Shown one piece after another: positions 19,349 to 28,504 of a stretch of DNA of 64,000 nt. Origin of the DNA: an uncultured delta proteobacterium (GTDB taxonomy: Bacteria > Bdellovibrionota > FAC87 > UBA2466); the NCBI GenBank assembly GCA_963778115.1, contig CAVZSV010000004.1, positions 2,848,001-2,912,000 of the forward strand, in the 5' to 3' direction. Below the pieces are notes generated by a model. The model ran no database searches. It was not told the origin of the DNA and saw only the letters and a program-made list of their open reading frames with translations. A program made the position numbers and the translations under genes. The stretch's first letter is position 1, and every line of letters begins with the position of its first letter.

Positions 19349-20419
19349 CTAGTTTGCGAGAATCGCTACTACGGGGCAGTTGATTAAAATACCGGTGGAA
19401 CCGAAAGCGGCGCCTCCGGGGCCAGTGATAAGACCCTGAGTCACGTCCTGCAATACGTCGGTGGCACTGATGAGAAGTTTTACAGAACCTGCTTTTGCCG
19501 CTTGATCGGTCCAGGCTCCTAGATACAGCTCCCACAGAGGACTGTATCCGGCACTGGTCGAAGGAAGGCCATCCAAGATATTAAGAGCAGAGCCATCTCC
19601 GTTTAGCGCACTATCAAAGCCCTGACGTTGCGGATTATTCTTGCCGATCTGACCATTGGCTAGAGCGTAGATGTTGAGGCTCGAGCCGCTATTCAACAAG
19701 TCATTGAAAGCTGGGACATAGGTGGACGATTCCATTGTGGCCGCAAGTTCCACATTCGCGTCAAAGCTCACATATACAACGGGCTTGGAAGCCGCAAATC
19801 CATGACTTAGCGCCAAAGTCACCTGTTTGGTCTGGGGGCAGATCTTGACCACTTTGTCGTGGACCACGTTGTGGTCGACATTACCTTCACAGAAGGAGAT
19901 CCCGTCGGCATCGACGTTAAAGGCCAGAATAGGAGCGTTATAGATCGTGTTATTCTGGTTAGTCACTTTAACGTAGGGACTGTAGTCGGCGTCCCCGACC
20001 GATCCAGGCAATGCCGTTGTCGGAGGAAAGAGATCGGGAGCGGCACCGGGAACAATATTTCGCACAGGAGTAAAATCTACCGTCCCTGCATCAAAAGTAA
20101 ACTGCCCCTGGGCATCCACCGTTGCGGTGCGAGTGCTTTTGGCGGAAGCGGCGTAGGTCAAATCCGGGGCATAAACAATTCCCTGTTTTGAAGCCTGATC
20201 TTGATCGTCCGTATCGGTCAGGACAAACCACACTTTCCTTCCGTCCTTTAGCGCCCCCTGTTGAAGAGGAAGGGTAATGGTGTCGCTCATTAAATCGATA
20301 ATGCCCGAGGGCATTAGATTCACCGAGATGGTGCTATTTTTCGGGCCAGACGCACCCCATAATTGGGCGGCGCACAGTAAGCCCGTTCCTACGAGATAAG
20401 TGACGAATCCATTTTTCAT
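19349..20419 (-). CDS. Conserved secreted hypothetical protein
   Basis: GGAGG RBS before ATG 20419; signal peptide; internally repeated YSP motifs (GDADYSPY, AGYSPLW); C-terminal INCPVVA. Confidence 0.85.
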   Translation of the reverse strand: MKNGFVTYLVGTGLLCAAQLWGASGPKNSTISVNLMPSGIIDLMSDTITLPLQQGALKDGRKVWFVLTDTDDQDQASKQGIVYAPDLTYAASAKSTRTATVDAQGQFTFDAGTVDFTPVRNIVPGAAPDLFPPTTALPGSVGDADYSPYVKVTNQNNTIYNAPILAFNVDADGISFCEGNVDHNVVHDKVVKICPQTKQVTLALSHGFAASKPVVYVSFDANVELAATMESSTYVPAFNDLLNSGSSLNIYALANGQIGKNNPQRQGFDSALNGDGSALNILDGLPSTSAGYSPLWELYLGAWTDQAAKAGSVKLLISATDVLQDVTQGLITGPGGAAFGSTGILINCPVVAILAN

Positions 20420-20494
20420 AAAAAGACCTCCTAAGGGACTCAAAAGTGAGAACCCTTACTATTCACAGTAAGGAGGTCTGCGGGGGAAAGACAC

Positions 20495-20531
20495 GTAAGT
20501 GTGTCTTACTGGCTCGGTTAGAAGCGCTTAC
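20495..20531. promoter_or_regulatory. LysR-type tandem binding boxes
   Basis: GTAAG-N5-CTTAC (20495-20509) and GTTAG-N5-CTTAC (20517-20531); both T-N11-A, 22 bp apart. Confidence 0.6.
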
Positions 20532-20560
20532 CCAGAGAGAGTTACGAGGGTCTCCTTAGC

Positions 20561-20601
20561 AAAAAAAAGGGCAACCGACTGCATAGCGTCGATTGCCCTT
20601 T
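20561..20601 (-). terminator. Rho-independent terminator
   Basis: AAAGGGCAACCGAC..GTCGATTGCCCTTT stem with A8 run (U-tract on minus strand), downstream of gene 20618-21172. Confidence 0.8.
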
Positions 20602-20617
20602 CAGAGTGCCGATGAAA

Positions 20618-21172
20618 CTATTTAGCGAGCTTTACGCTTCTCGCGGTTCCGTAAGGTTGCGGCGAGAAGTTGGCATCAGGGTCTGACTCTTCCAACATAA
20701 TTCCGGCCTGTTTTTCGTAAGAGGTCCAGCCTGACTCCTTGTCGTACTCCTTAACGGTGACATAGAAGCCGTAATTCTCTTCTCCCGAGGGAACATCGAA
20801 TCGGAGAATGGCTTGGCTCTTGTGGGTCTTATAATTTTTCTTGGTGTAAAAACGCGCCCCGGGGCCGCCTTTTTTTTCGGAGAGATAGACACACACCGAT
20901 TTTCTGCCTTTCTTTGCAGTCTCCACGGGATCTTCTAACTTGAGAGTAGGAACCTTCACCGCCGTTAGACTTTCGATATATTGGCGAGCCTTCTCCATTT
21001 CGCCATCCTCTTTGTCGGCTTCTGACATTACCGTTTCCAGTTGATCCGCGGTAATGATCTTAAATTTGCTGAAGTCCGCTTTCACGGTATCGGGACAGTT
21101 TTTAGTAACGACGGCCGAAGCTGTCTTTCCCAACGCCATCGTCAAAATTAGTGATACCAAAATCCACTTCAT
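20618..21172 (-). CDS. Secreted hypothetical protein
   Basis: GGAGG RBS, signal peptide, two Cys. Confidence 0.8.
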   Translation of the reverse strand: MKWILVSLILTMALGKTASAVVTKNCPDTVKADFSKFKIITADQLETVMSEADKEDGEMEKARQYIESLTAVKVPTLKLEDPVETAKKGRKSVCVYLSEKKGGPGARFYTKKNYKTHKSQAILRFDVPSGEENYGFYVTVKEYDKESGWTSYEKQAGIMLEESDPDANFSPQPYGTARSVKLAK

Positions 21173-21647
21173 AATCTAACCTCCATGAGCGTTTAATGGC
21201 TTAACCAGTAGGCTTTTTGGGATATTAACGTCAAATTATTTTGGGATGGATGCGAGTGAATACTATTCTGGGACAATAAATCCCTGACAAAAAATAGTGT
21301 TGACGCGTTGTGGTCTCTTACGTGTAAGGTGAAATTAATCTTGCGGATCTTCATGGGTAGGGTTGCCCCTGAGGTGCTTGCCTGCTTGCTAAATAGAGGC
21401 GAATAAGGGTGTTGGGGGACTTCCTTAAAGACATCATTACATCGTAGCAGTTACATTTTTATCTATGTCGTTTTTTAGACACTGAGATCTAGCAGGATAA
21501 AACAAATGGGGTCGGGAGAGTCATTCGCAAGAATAGCTAGGGGAGTGGTGTACCTTCTGGGGAGAAGGCTCGCCGATTTCTCAAGTCTACTTCCCTTCCT
21601 CATTGTTTAAGCATTGGTAACGAAACTGCAACATGAGGGATGAGTAA

Positions 21648-22538
21648 ATGACTCCAAATTTTGGTTCGGCCTTTCGAGAGAGACTGGCGACGGGGCGGGT
21701 GCTTCCTCTGATAGGCGTCTATGATGCCTTTTCTGCGAAATTAGCAGCACAACGCTTCGAAGGGGTCTTTTGTAGTGGTTTTAGTTTTGCGGCGAGTAAT
21801 TATGGACTTCCCGATGTGGGATATGTGAATTGGCGGGACATCTCCGATTTTGCGCTACGAGTGAGACAGATTCTCCCCTCTAGCCATCTTCTCGTCGATA
21901 TAGACGATGGTTTTGGGGATCAAACCATTGCTGCTACCGTAGTTGAAAATTTGGAAAGCATAGGAACGTCGGCCGTGATGTTCGAAGATCAAAAACGGCC
22001 TCGCCGTTGTGGTCATTATGAAGGCAAAGAGATTCTTCCGGTGGAAGAGTACTTAGTTAAACTTCGAGCGGTCTTAGACGCTAGAGAAACTCTGTGTGTG
22101 ATTGCACGAACGGATGCGACCGTTCCCGCGGAGGCGTTGGCCCGCGCTGAAGCGTATGCTGACGCCGGAGCTGATGGTGTCATGGTCGAAGCGGTTAAAG
22201 ATCTCAATCTCATTTCAAAACTCGCTAAGACGGTAAATATCCCTATCATGCTAAATCAGCTTCACGGCGGGAAATCTCCGAACTGGACGCTTCAAGAACT
22301 TCAGGATGCCGGAGTGGGAATTGTGATCTATAGCACGCCTTGTCTGTTTAGTGCTCAACGAGCGATGGAACTATACCTGGAAGAGTTGTACCGCACTCAA
22401 CGATTGCCCGAAGAAAATACGGCCACCATTAGCGATTGTAACCGGGTTCTTTTTAAAAGAGAGCCCAAACCCAGATATGCATTTCTACCTGAGGAGAAGA
22501 GCACTCAGGCCGATACATGGACTGCCGCTGGTGACTGA
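21648..22538 (+). CDS. Isocitrate lyase/PEP mutase superfamily protein, lyase branch (PrpB-like)
   Basis: GVYDAFSA, GLPDVG, VDIDDGFG, FEDQKRPRRCGH, IARTDA, YADAGADGVMVEA. Confidence 0.9.
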   Translation: MTPNFGSAFRERLATGRVLPLIGVYDAFSAKLAAQRFEGVFCSGFSFAASNYGLPDVGYVNWRDISDFALRVRQILPSSHLLVDIDDGFGDQTIAATVVENLESIGTSAVMFEDQKRPRRCGHYEGKEILPVEEYLVKLRAVLDARETLCVIARTDATVPAEALARAEAYADAGADGVMVEAVKDLNLISKLAKTVNIPIMLNQLHGGKSPNWTLQELQDAGVGIVIYSTPCLFSAQRAMELYLEELYRTQRLPEENTATISDCNRVLFKREPKPRYAFLPEEKSTQADTWTAAGD

Positions 22539-22554
22539 AGACTGGGGAGGGACT

Positions 22555-23226
22555 ATGGCGAGAGTTTTGTTTTTTGCGCTAACGGTGTTGTGTCTAGGAG
22601 TCAATTCGCTCAGTGCGGAAACTTCTCCACCCCTCGGTTCCCCAGGGGCTGACCAACCCGGCCAATTAGGCCAATCGGATAGACAAGCTGTCTTCCAGCT
22701 TTACGGCTTGCCGTTAGGGGCTCGAATTTTTCTCATGGATACGGAATATACCGAAAGGCTCTCCCCTTATATTTCCAATGGGGCTTTAGGTATCAATACC
22801 TATCCCATCATGGACGATAAGCAGCGCCGCACGGTGATCCGGGTGGAAACGCCGGCCGCGGACGGCCGCTACAGTAGCTGGAAGAGCACCATCACTTACA
22901 GTGCGGGTTCCAGAACGGTGCTTAATGTTTACAACGCTTCGCCGCTGCCGGCCGATAACGTGGGACATCTAAGAGTCATCGTTACGCTAGACACCATCAT
23001 TTATATCAATGGAAAACAGACGCTAGAGGAAGGTGAGGTTAGGGACTTCTCGACTCCTCCTCTGAGCGACGGCAGACCGTTCGTTGCTAAAGTGAAGTTC
23101 GATTTTCGAAATAAAACGGGTCGGAGAATTATTCGAACGAAAGAGTTTCAAATTCGTCCGGGAGAAACCGTCAATCTATACAACATTGAGAAGCTTTCTG
23201 ATGAGATTGGTCCGGAGGGGAACTAG
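22555..23226 (+). CDS. Secreted protein with TIGR03000-like (planctomycete-type) domain(s)
   Basis: GGGGAGG RBS before ATG 22555; signal peptide; IYINGKQT..GEVRDFSTPPLSDGRPF..TKEFQIRPGETV; a more divergent copy upstream. Confidence 0.7.
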   Translation: MARVLFFALTVLCLGVNSLSAETSPPLGSPGADQPGQLGQSDRQAVFQLYGLPLGARIFLMDTEYTERLSPYISNGALGINTYPIMDDKQRRTVIRVETPAADGRYSSWKSTITYSAGSRTVLNVYNASPLPADNVGHLRVIVTLDTIIYINGKQTLEEGEVRDFSTPPLSDGRPFVAKVKFDFRNKTGRRIIRTKEFQIRPGETVNLYNIEKLSDEIGPEGN

Positions 23227-23254
23227 TTTTCGATAGCTGGGGTTTGGGGGGGAA

Positions 23255-24967
23255 GTGAAAATTCGGCAAATAAAGCGGGGAACTCTCCTTGCTATCATTC
23301 TTTTCTGGGGTGGGATCGGTGCGCTAGCCAATGCGATCTCTTACCCACCATCGCTTCAGGGCAGTGAATTGCTGAAGGTGATAGGCGCCAATGGGGGCTC
23401 TTTGCCCGCCACTTTGGAAGAGATGCACAGCCTCGTAGATGCGACGGGAAAGCTTACCGAAACGATTATCCCTTTTTCCGATAGCCCTCTTTTTACAAGT
23501 CTCTATGAACCGAGATTGGTTATCTCGAACTCTCCTAAATTTTACTATGCTCCTATCGCTCGTCTTGATGGCTCGACGGATATGGAGTTTCTCTCCTGGA
23601 ACAATGCCCATAGGGAGTTCGATTTCGGGCGGGTAATAAACTTTGGAAAACCTAACGTGTCCATAGAGGCGGCAAACGTCAACGAATGCATGGCCTGCCA
23701 TCGCAATCGCGGCCCACTTTTTTCCGATCGCCCCTGGCTCAATGTTAATGGAGCCAATGCTCCCATCGGGACCTTCATTAGCTTTGCGCTGCTTCAAACA
23801 TTGATCGAAAGAGACCCAGCCCATTACCAACGCTATGAGCCCCTATTGGAGTTGAAGTCTTTGGCGTACGATCCCGCCTTCGGCAATTTGGCGCCTGAGC
23901 CTGCTATTCAATTAGGTGCCATTCTTTATCACGGCACTCCGGTGTTTCAGCTCCGTGGTTCGTTCGATCTCGACGCCAATACACGACGAGGACATTATCT
24001 GGCCTATACCCACCAGATTCTCAACGCTTTGGCGGATTACTCGAAGATAGGGTTCGTTAGAGGCCTTACTGAAGGCGCATTATCGGGAATTGTGTATCCG
24101 GAATATATCAACCAGCTCTTTTCCTGGAATGAATATTTAGAGACTTGGGTGAAGAACCACTCGGAACTCAAAGGGCTGCCGGCTGAGAACTCACCGGTAT
24201 TAGAAAATTTTCAACCCCTTTTTGATAATCCCGACCTTTTGCAAAAGGCTGCCATTTCCGACGAGGATGTCCAGCTAGATCCGGTGAGCGCTTTAGTAAA
24301 GTTGGGCAAGTACGTGCAAAAGAATCAGGTTAAGGCTTTTCCGGTGGAAAAGCTCCCTTCCTCGGGAAAGACGTTCATCAAACTCAAGCCGAATCATAAC
24401 GGGGGAGCCGATACCGCATTGTGGTTGCTCACCGACTTCACCAAAAAGGATGGTACCGGGGTCAGGAAACAGCTGCGGGCAAAGAAATACCAACTGGAAT
24501 TTGTCTTTCGATCCCCCATGTGGGAAAGACTGTGGGCGAAGGCCGAGTTCCCCACTCGAAGTGCGATGCTGGATGCCATTGCAAGCAGCATCGGTGTTTC
24601 GGTGTCTGATATCACGGGAGATTCCGGTGATCCCAAGATTCCGGAACAGCCGAAACCCAGAAAGTCGACACCACTACCGATTAGCGAGGCTGAAGTATCG
24701 GGCCACTCTTGTATTGTCTGTCACCGCAGCGGCCCCCAAGGAGTTGCGCGAGCCTTTCCCTTCGATCCGGCAAAACTTTCGGCATGGCAAGCCTACCTGA
24801 ACGACCCCGATACCCATGCGCTGGCACAGGATTGGGTCAATGGTGCTTATGAAAGACTTTCGCAAGGATTAATGCCGCCTCCGGAGAGTGCCCAGGGACA
24901 AAACTTCTCGATTAAGGCAGGCGAATGGCCTGCGATCTATCAATTTCTAAAGCAGAATGCGAAGTAG
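23255..24967 (+). CDS. Secreted di-haem c-type cytochrome domain protein
   Basis: Signal peptide; CMACH and CIVCH haem motifs; C-terminal LMPP. Confidence 0.8.
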   Translation: MKIRQIKRGTLLAIILFWGGIGALANAISYPPSLQGSELLKVIGANGGSLPATLEEMHSLVDATGKLTETIIPFSDSPLFTSLYEPRLVISNSPKFYYAPIARLDGSTDMEFLSWNNAHREFDFGRVINFGKPNVSIEAANVNECMACHRNRGPLFSDRPWLNVNGANAPIGTFISFALLQTLIERDPAHYQRYEPLLELKSLAYDPAFGNLAPEPAIQLGAILYHGTPVFQLRGSFDLDANTRRGHYLAYTHQILNALADYSKIGFVRGLTEGALSGIVYPEYINQLFSWNEYLETWVKNHSELKGLPAENSPVLENFQPLFDNPDLLQKAAISDEDVQLDPVSALVKLGKYVQKNQVKAFPVEKLPSSGKTFIKLKPNHNGGADTALWLLTDFTKKDGTGVRKQLRAKKYQLEFVFRSPMWERLWAKAEFPTRSAMLDAIASSIGVSVSDITGDSGDPKIPEQPKPRKSTPLPISEAEVSGHSCIVCHRSGPQGVARAFPFDPAKLSAWQAYLNDPDTHALAQDWVNGAYERLSQGLMPPPESAQGQNFSIKAGEWPAIYQFLKQNAK

Positions 24968-25081
24968 GAGGGATTGCCGCGGCTTCGCCTCGCAGCAGGC
25001 TCCGCAATCTCATTGCAGCAGGATGAGCATCTTAAATTTAAAGTGATCCCCTTATAGCAACTATGCTATCAGAGAATCCTC

Positions 25082-25747
25082 ATGAGACTACTTCTGCTTT
25101 GGCTTTGCCTCATGGCCTGTTCATCGGCAATGGGGTGCGCGCTCTCTATTCTCCCTTGGGGAAATCGTTTGGGGTTGGCCATTGCATCCGCTCGTCCCGA
25201 CCTTACTCTTTTACCTCCCTATTTCTCCGCCGCCGAAATAGCGCACATAGGGGTGAGCTTCCTAAGCAGTGACGCTGAAAGAGAGCTCTATCGAGTGACG
25301 TTTTCCCCGGATGGCTCGGCAACCTATCAGGGTGACGTCATGCCCGATGGCGTTTATATGTTCGTGTTAGGTCCGAACGGCGGCTTTTTTGCGCGCTCCG
25401 AACGAACGTCCAAAACCGATCCCTTTCATCATGCCACTTTCTTTGCCAATCAACCGATCGCAGGGGCAGGAATTATGATCATCGCCGGCGGAAGGGGACA
25501 TTTGGCAGTGGTGACCAACGATGCTGGATGTTACCGAGGAGACGAGCTTTCGCTGAAACAGGTAATACGGGAAATGCGTGTTTCGATGTCTATTGAGAAC
25601 TTACGGGTAACCTGTCTATGGAGAACTGGGGAGTTTCGATTGGATTATCCGGAACCCATTAAAACCTTTGAAATGTCGGCAGTCGATTTTATGAACTGGA
25701 CCCCTCCGCCTCGTCCTTCTCTGTTGCGGCAGCTGTTTCGACAGTAA
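25082..25747 (+). CDS. Secreted protein with HH..AG..N-x-x-G-x-Y toxin-like domain
   Basis: Signal peptide then CALSIL; YMFVL..FHHATFFANQPIAGAG..VTNDAGCYR. Confidence 0.65.
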   Translation: MRLLLLWLCLMACSSAMGCALSILPWGNRLGLAIASARPDLTLLPPYFSAAEIAHIGVSFLSSDAERELYRVTFSPDGSATYQGDVMPDGVYMFVLGPNGGFFARSERTSKTDPFHHATFFANQPIAGAGIMIIAGGRGHLAVVTNDAGCYRGDELSLKQVIREMRVSMSIENLRVTCLWRTGEFRLDYPEPIKTFEMSAVDFMNWTPPPRPSLLRQLFRQ

Positions 25748-25749
25748 GT

Positions 25750-25790
25750 AAAAAAATGCCCGCCAGGTTAGCAACGCTGGCGGGCAATCA
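25750..25790. terminator. Terminator between convergent genes
   Basis: A7-TGCCCGCCAG..CTGGCGGGCA. Confidence 0.75.
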
Positions 25791-25805
25791 TTACTTTCAC
25801 AAGCC

Positions 25806-26117
25806 TTAGTGAAATGAAATCGGGATAACGAGACTGATTCCGGGAGAAGGAGGAGGCGGAGCCACGACAACGGGAGCTGGAACATATACGGGCACCGGAT
25901 GCAGCCTGCGCTCTTCAGCGATTCGCCTTTCCTCGGCCAATCTTCGTTCCTCTTCGTGTCTTCTCATCTCTTCGACCCTACAATCTTCCCCTCTACGGCC
26001 GCCTTCCCGTCCATATCCGTCGGCTACTGCCGTACGCGTAGCGAAGGCAAGGGAGGAAAGAACAAAGACTCCTAGTAGTATTCCAATGCTATTTCGGAAC
26101 ATAGTTTTAGTCCTCAC
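25806..26117 (-). CDS. Small secreted protein with charged repeat and Pro-rich tail
   Basis: Signal peptide; EERRLA/EERRIA repeats; PVPVYVPAPVVVAPPPPSPGISLVIP. Confidence 0.7.
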   Translation of the reverse strand: MRTKTMFRNSIGILLGVFVLSSLAFATRTAVADGYGREGGRRGEDCRVEEMRRHEEERRLAEERRIAEERRLHPVPVYVPAPVVVAPPPPSPGISLVIPISFH

Positions 26118-26131
26118 AGTTAGTCTCTTAA

Positions 26132-26614
26132 TTATCCCTTAAGCGCCGTTTGATGATTTTTTCGGTGCGTCTCTTTATGATCGCGGAATACGCTATCCGC
26201 ATTTTTCTTCTGCGCGTCCGACATGGCAGTGTAAAGCGGGGTGAAGACGCCAAGGAACTCTTTCATTCCATCGGCATGCAACTGCGCGATGTTAGCGTAC
26301 GATTTTAAATCATCAATGGCCGTCATTTGCGCGGCCGTGGAGTTTCTCGTATCGATCAACGATTGAGCCACTTTAGCATGGTCGCGCATTTCTTTCGTTA
26401 CTGAGGACCAAAGGGTTTCCTGATCGGAAGTGATTTTTAATTTGTCGTGAAGCTCCTTGATCCGGGCTTCCACGGGATCTACGGTAGTCGCGGCGGCGAC
26501 TTTACTGTCCTGGGCTAGCGATGAATTAGAAAATATCGTGCTGGCGGAGACAGCCAGAAATACCGCTACCGAGCAGACGAATGCCTTCTTTGCGATCTCA
26601 AGGTTCGATTTCAA
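26132..26614 (-). CDS. Spy/CpxP (LTXXQ motif) periplasmic chaperone-like protein
   Basis: VEARIKELHDKLKITSDQETLW, PLYTAMSDAQKKNADSVF; signal peptide. Confidence 0.88.
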   Translation of the reverse strand: MKSNLEIAKKAFVCSVAVFLAVSASTIFSNSSLAQDSKVAAATTVDPVEARIKELHDKLKITSDQETLWSSVTKEMRDHAKVAQSLIDTRNSTAAQMTAIDDLKSYANIAQLHADGMKEFLGVFTPLYTAMSDAQKKNADSVFRDHKETHRKNHQTALKG

Positions 26615-27139
26615 TTTGACCCCCGTATATGTTTTTTGGGAAATGGGTTTAGGTTTAAAGACGTGTATTGGTTATTTTAAAGGGGAGTGCGCCTGCGATC
26701 AATGTCGATGAAGCAGGATGATAACGCGAAGCGTTGGCTAGAGCGCCGAATTACCCTAATTCTCTGTCTACCATTAGATGGAAGTAGCGATGCGGCAATT
26801 CCCGTTGGCGGAGGCTTTGGTGTCCTTTTTACGCGCATCGTTTCTCGCGGTTGCCGGTCCGGTAGCCCGTTCTCCGTTGGTGGGGGGGAACGGAGCCGAA
26901 TGACTTCGCCTAAATGGTAAACTTTCCTGTCCTCACGTTGTGCTGCCGAGGCGGTAGGTAATCCATGGGTTTAGTCACGGATGGTATGGCGTGAAATCTC
27001 TTCCACGATTAACTTTGCCCTCTTCAGAAATTAAAATCTTCCTTCTTGGACAGAGTCACATTTTGAAGAAAAACGCAGCATAACAAGACTATTAAGAGGG
27101 GGGACCCAGATAGCAAGTGCCTACCCTCACTTGGGAACT

Positions 27140-27155
27140 TGGCACTCAGCGTGCA
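27140..27155 (+). promoter_or_regulatory. sigma54 -24/-12 promoter
   Basis: TGGCACTCAGCGTGCA, GG-N10-GC, upstream of ATG 27189. Confidence 0.65.
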
Positions 27156-27188
27156 CAGTCATCTTATAAAATTATTTGGAGGTACCTT

Positions 27189-27794
27189 ATGCGTTTTGTT
27201 TTAATCGTTTTCACGCTAATGTCTTCAGTCGTTTTCGCAGATTATGCGGGTAGCCCTAGAGATATCCGACTCTTCAAAAACAACATTCCTTCTACAGCGG
27301 CTATCAAAGGTTCACGGGCCGAGCTTGCTAGTGCGATCAAACAGAATCGAGAACTACAATCTTGTTACCGAATTGCCCAGTTGCAGCAGGTGGTTACTGA
27401 TTTGAGCCGCGAGTATGGAGACGTGGATGAGTACAAAGCGCCCCTGAGTCAGATGATTACTCAAGTCGATAGCCTGTCGGGTTACTGCGGCATCGACAAT
27501 AAAGAGAACACCATCAAAACGAATGATCTGACGGCGTTGACGGAAGAGCTGATGAAACTAGATGCTACCGTCGGACAGGTGGACCACCAGATTGCCAAAG
27601 ATACCGCTGATAGAACAGTCATGATGGCGGATGTCGAACGGAGCAAGAAGGCCGCCGCAGAGTGGGCGAAATCGGTGAGGGAGCAGGCAAATACGACTAG
27701 TCAGCAAATCGAAGCCGCCGGACAAAAAGTGGGAAAGGAAACGAAAGAGGGTTTCGAAGGGTTAAAGAGAAGATGGAGAGAAGTCATTCGATAA
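27189..27794 (+). CDS. Secreted helical hypothetical protein
   Basis: GGAGG RBS before ATG 27189; signal peptide MRFVLIVFTLMSSVVFA. Confidence 0.8.
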   Translation: MRFVLIVFTLMSSVVFADYAGSPRDIRLFKNNIPSTAAIKGSRAELASAIKQNRELQSCYRIAQLQQVVTDLSREYGDVDEYKAPLSQMITQVDSLSGYCGIDNKENTIKTNDLTALTEELMKLDATVGQVDHQIAKDTADRTVMMADVERSKKAAAEWAKSVREQANTTSQQIEAAGQKVGKETKEGFEGLKRRWREVIR

Positions 27795-27810
27795 AAAGGG
27801 ATAGACCTAA

Positions 27811-27850
27811 GCTCTGTCCGGGCGTGGCTAAACATCGCCCGGGCAGAGTT
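27811..27850 (+). terminator. Stem-loop after gene
   Basis: GCTCTGTCCGGGCG..CGCCCGGGCAGAGT. Confidence 0.6.
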
Positions 27851-27960
27851 GCATTGACCTCTTTGGCCACCCCATAACGCGGCAGAGACTAGCTATCGGC
27901 TTCAAATCGTGGTAGTTGCCTTGGTGATTGAAGCTCACATTTTTAGCAGGAGATGAAGGT

Positions 27961-28443
27961 ATGTATAAGACAAAGAATACGGTTCCCGAAAAAGTTCGCA
28001 CTCAAATGATTTCGGTTTTGCAGGAGCGATTAGCCGATGCTATCGACCTGCAGAGTCAAACCAAGCAGGCCCATTGGAATGTAAAGGGGCCTAGCTTTAT
28101 AGCGCTTCACGAACTTTTCGATAAGATCGCCGAAGATTCCGAAGAGTACGTGGACCTTATCGCCGAACGGATTATTCAATTTGGGGGAATCGCTGAAGGA
28201 ACGATTAGAGCTGCCGCGAAGCGGACCAGTTTGTTGGAATATCCGCTTACGATCTCTAAGGGAACCGACCATGTGGGGGCCCTTTCGGTAGCCCTTGCTA
28301 CTTTTGGCGAGCTTGCTCGCAAGACCATCGAACAAGCCAATGAACTGGGAGATGCCGACACTGCCGATATTTTTACGGAGATATCTAGGGGTGCCGACAA
28401 GTATCTATGGTTCGTAGAAGCGCACACCCAAGCCGAACACTAA
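27961..28443 (+). CDS. dps: DNA starvation/stationary phase protection protein Dps
   Basis: KQAHWNVKGPSFIALHELFD, DLIAERI, DTADIFTEISRGADKYLWFVEAH; ATG 27961 after AGGAGA. Confidence 0.97.
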   Translation: MYKTKNTVPEKVRTQMISVLQERLADAIDLQSQTKQAHWNVKGPSFIALHELFDKIAEDSEEYVDLIAERIIQFGGIAEGTIRAAAKRTSLLEYPLTISKGTDHVGALSVALATFGELARKTIEQANELGDADTADIFTEISRGADKYLWFVEAHTQAEH

Positions 28444-28452
28444 ATCCGAAAA

Positions 28453-28493
28453 GCTACCCATTCACTTTTCGACCGAAAAAGTGAATGGGTAGT
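28453..28493 (+). terminator. Stem-loop after dps
   Basis: CTACCCATTCACTTTT..AAAAGTGAATGGGTAG 16-bp stem. Confidence 0.75.
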
Positions 28494-28504
28494 TAATCAC
28501 TTCA

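Noticed and set aside
21500..21600. Glycine or yybP-ykoY riboswitch
   Set aside because: Only isolated words (GGAGAG, GGGGAGT) match; downstream conserved elements are missing
21648..22538. PEP mutase / phosphonate biosynthesis
   Set aside because: Has EDQ..CGH of the lyase branch, not EDK-X5-NS; no phosphonate genes nearby
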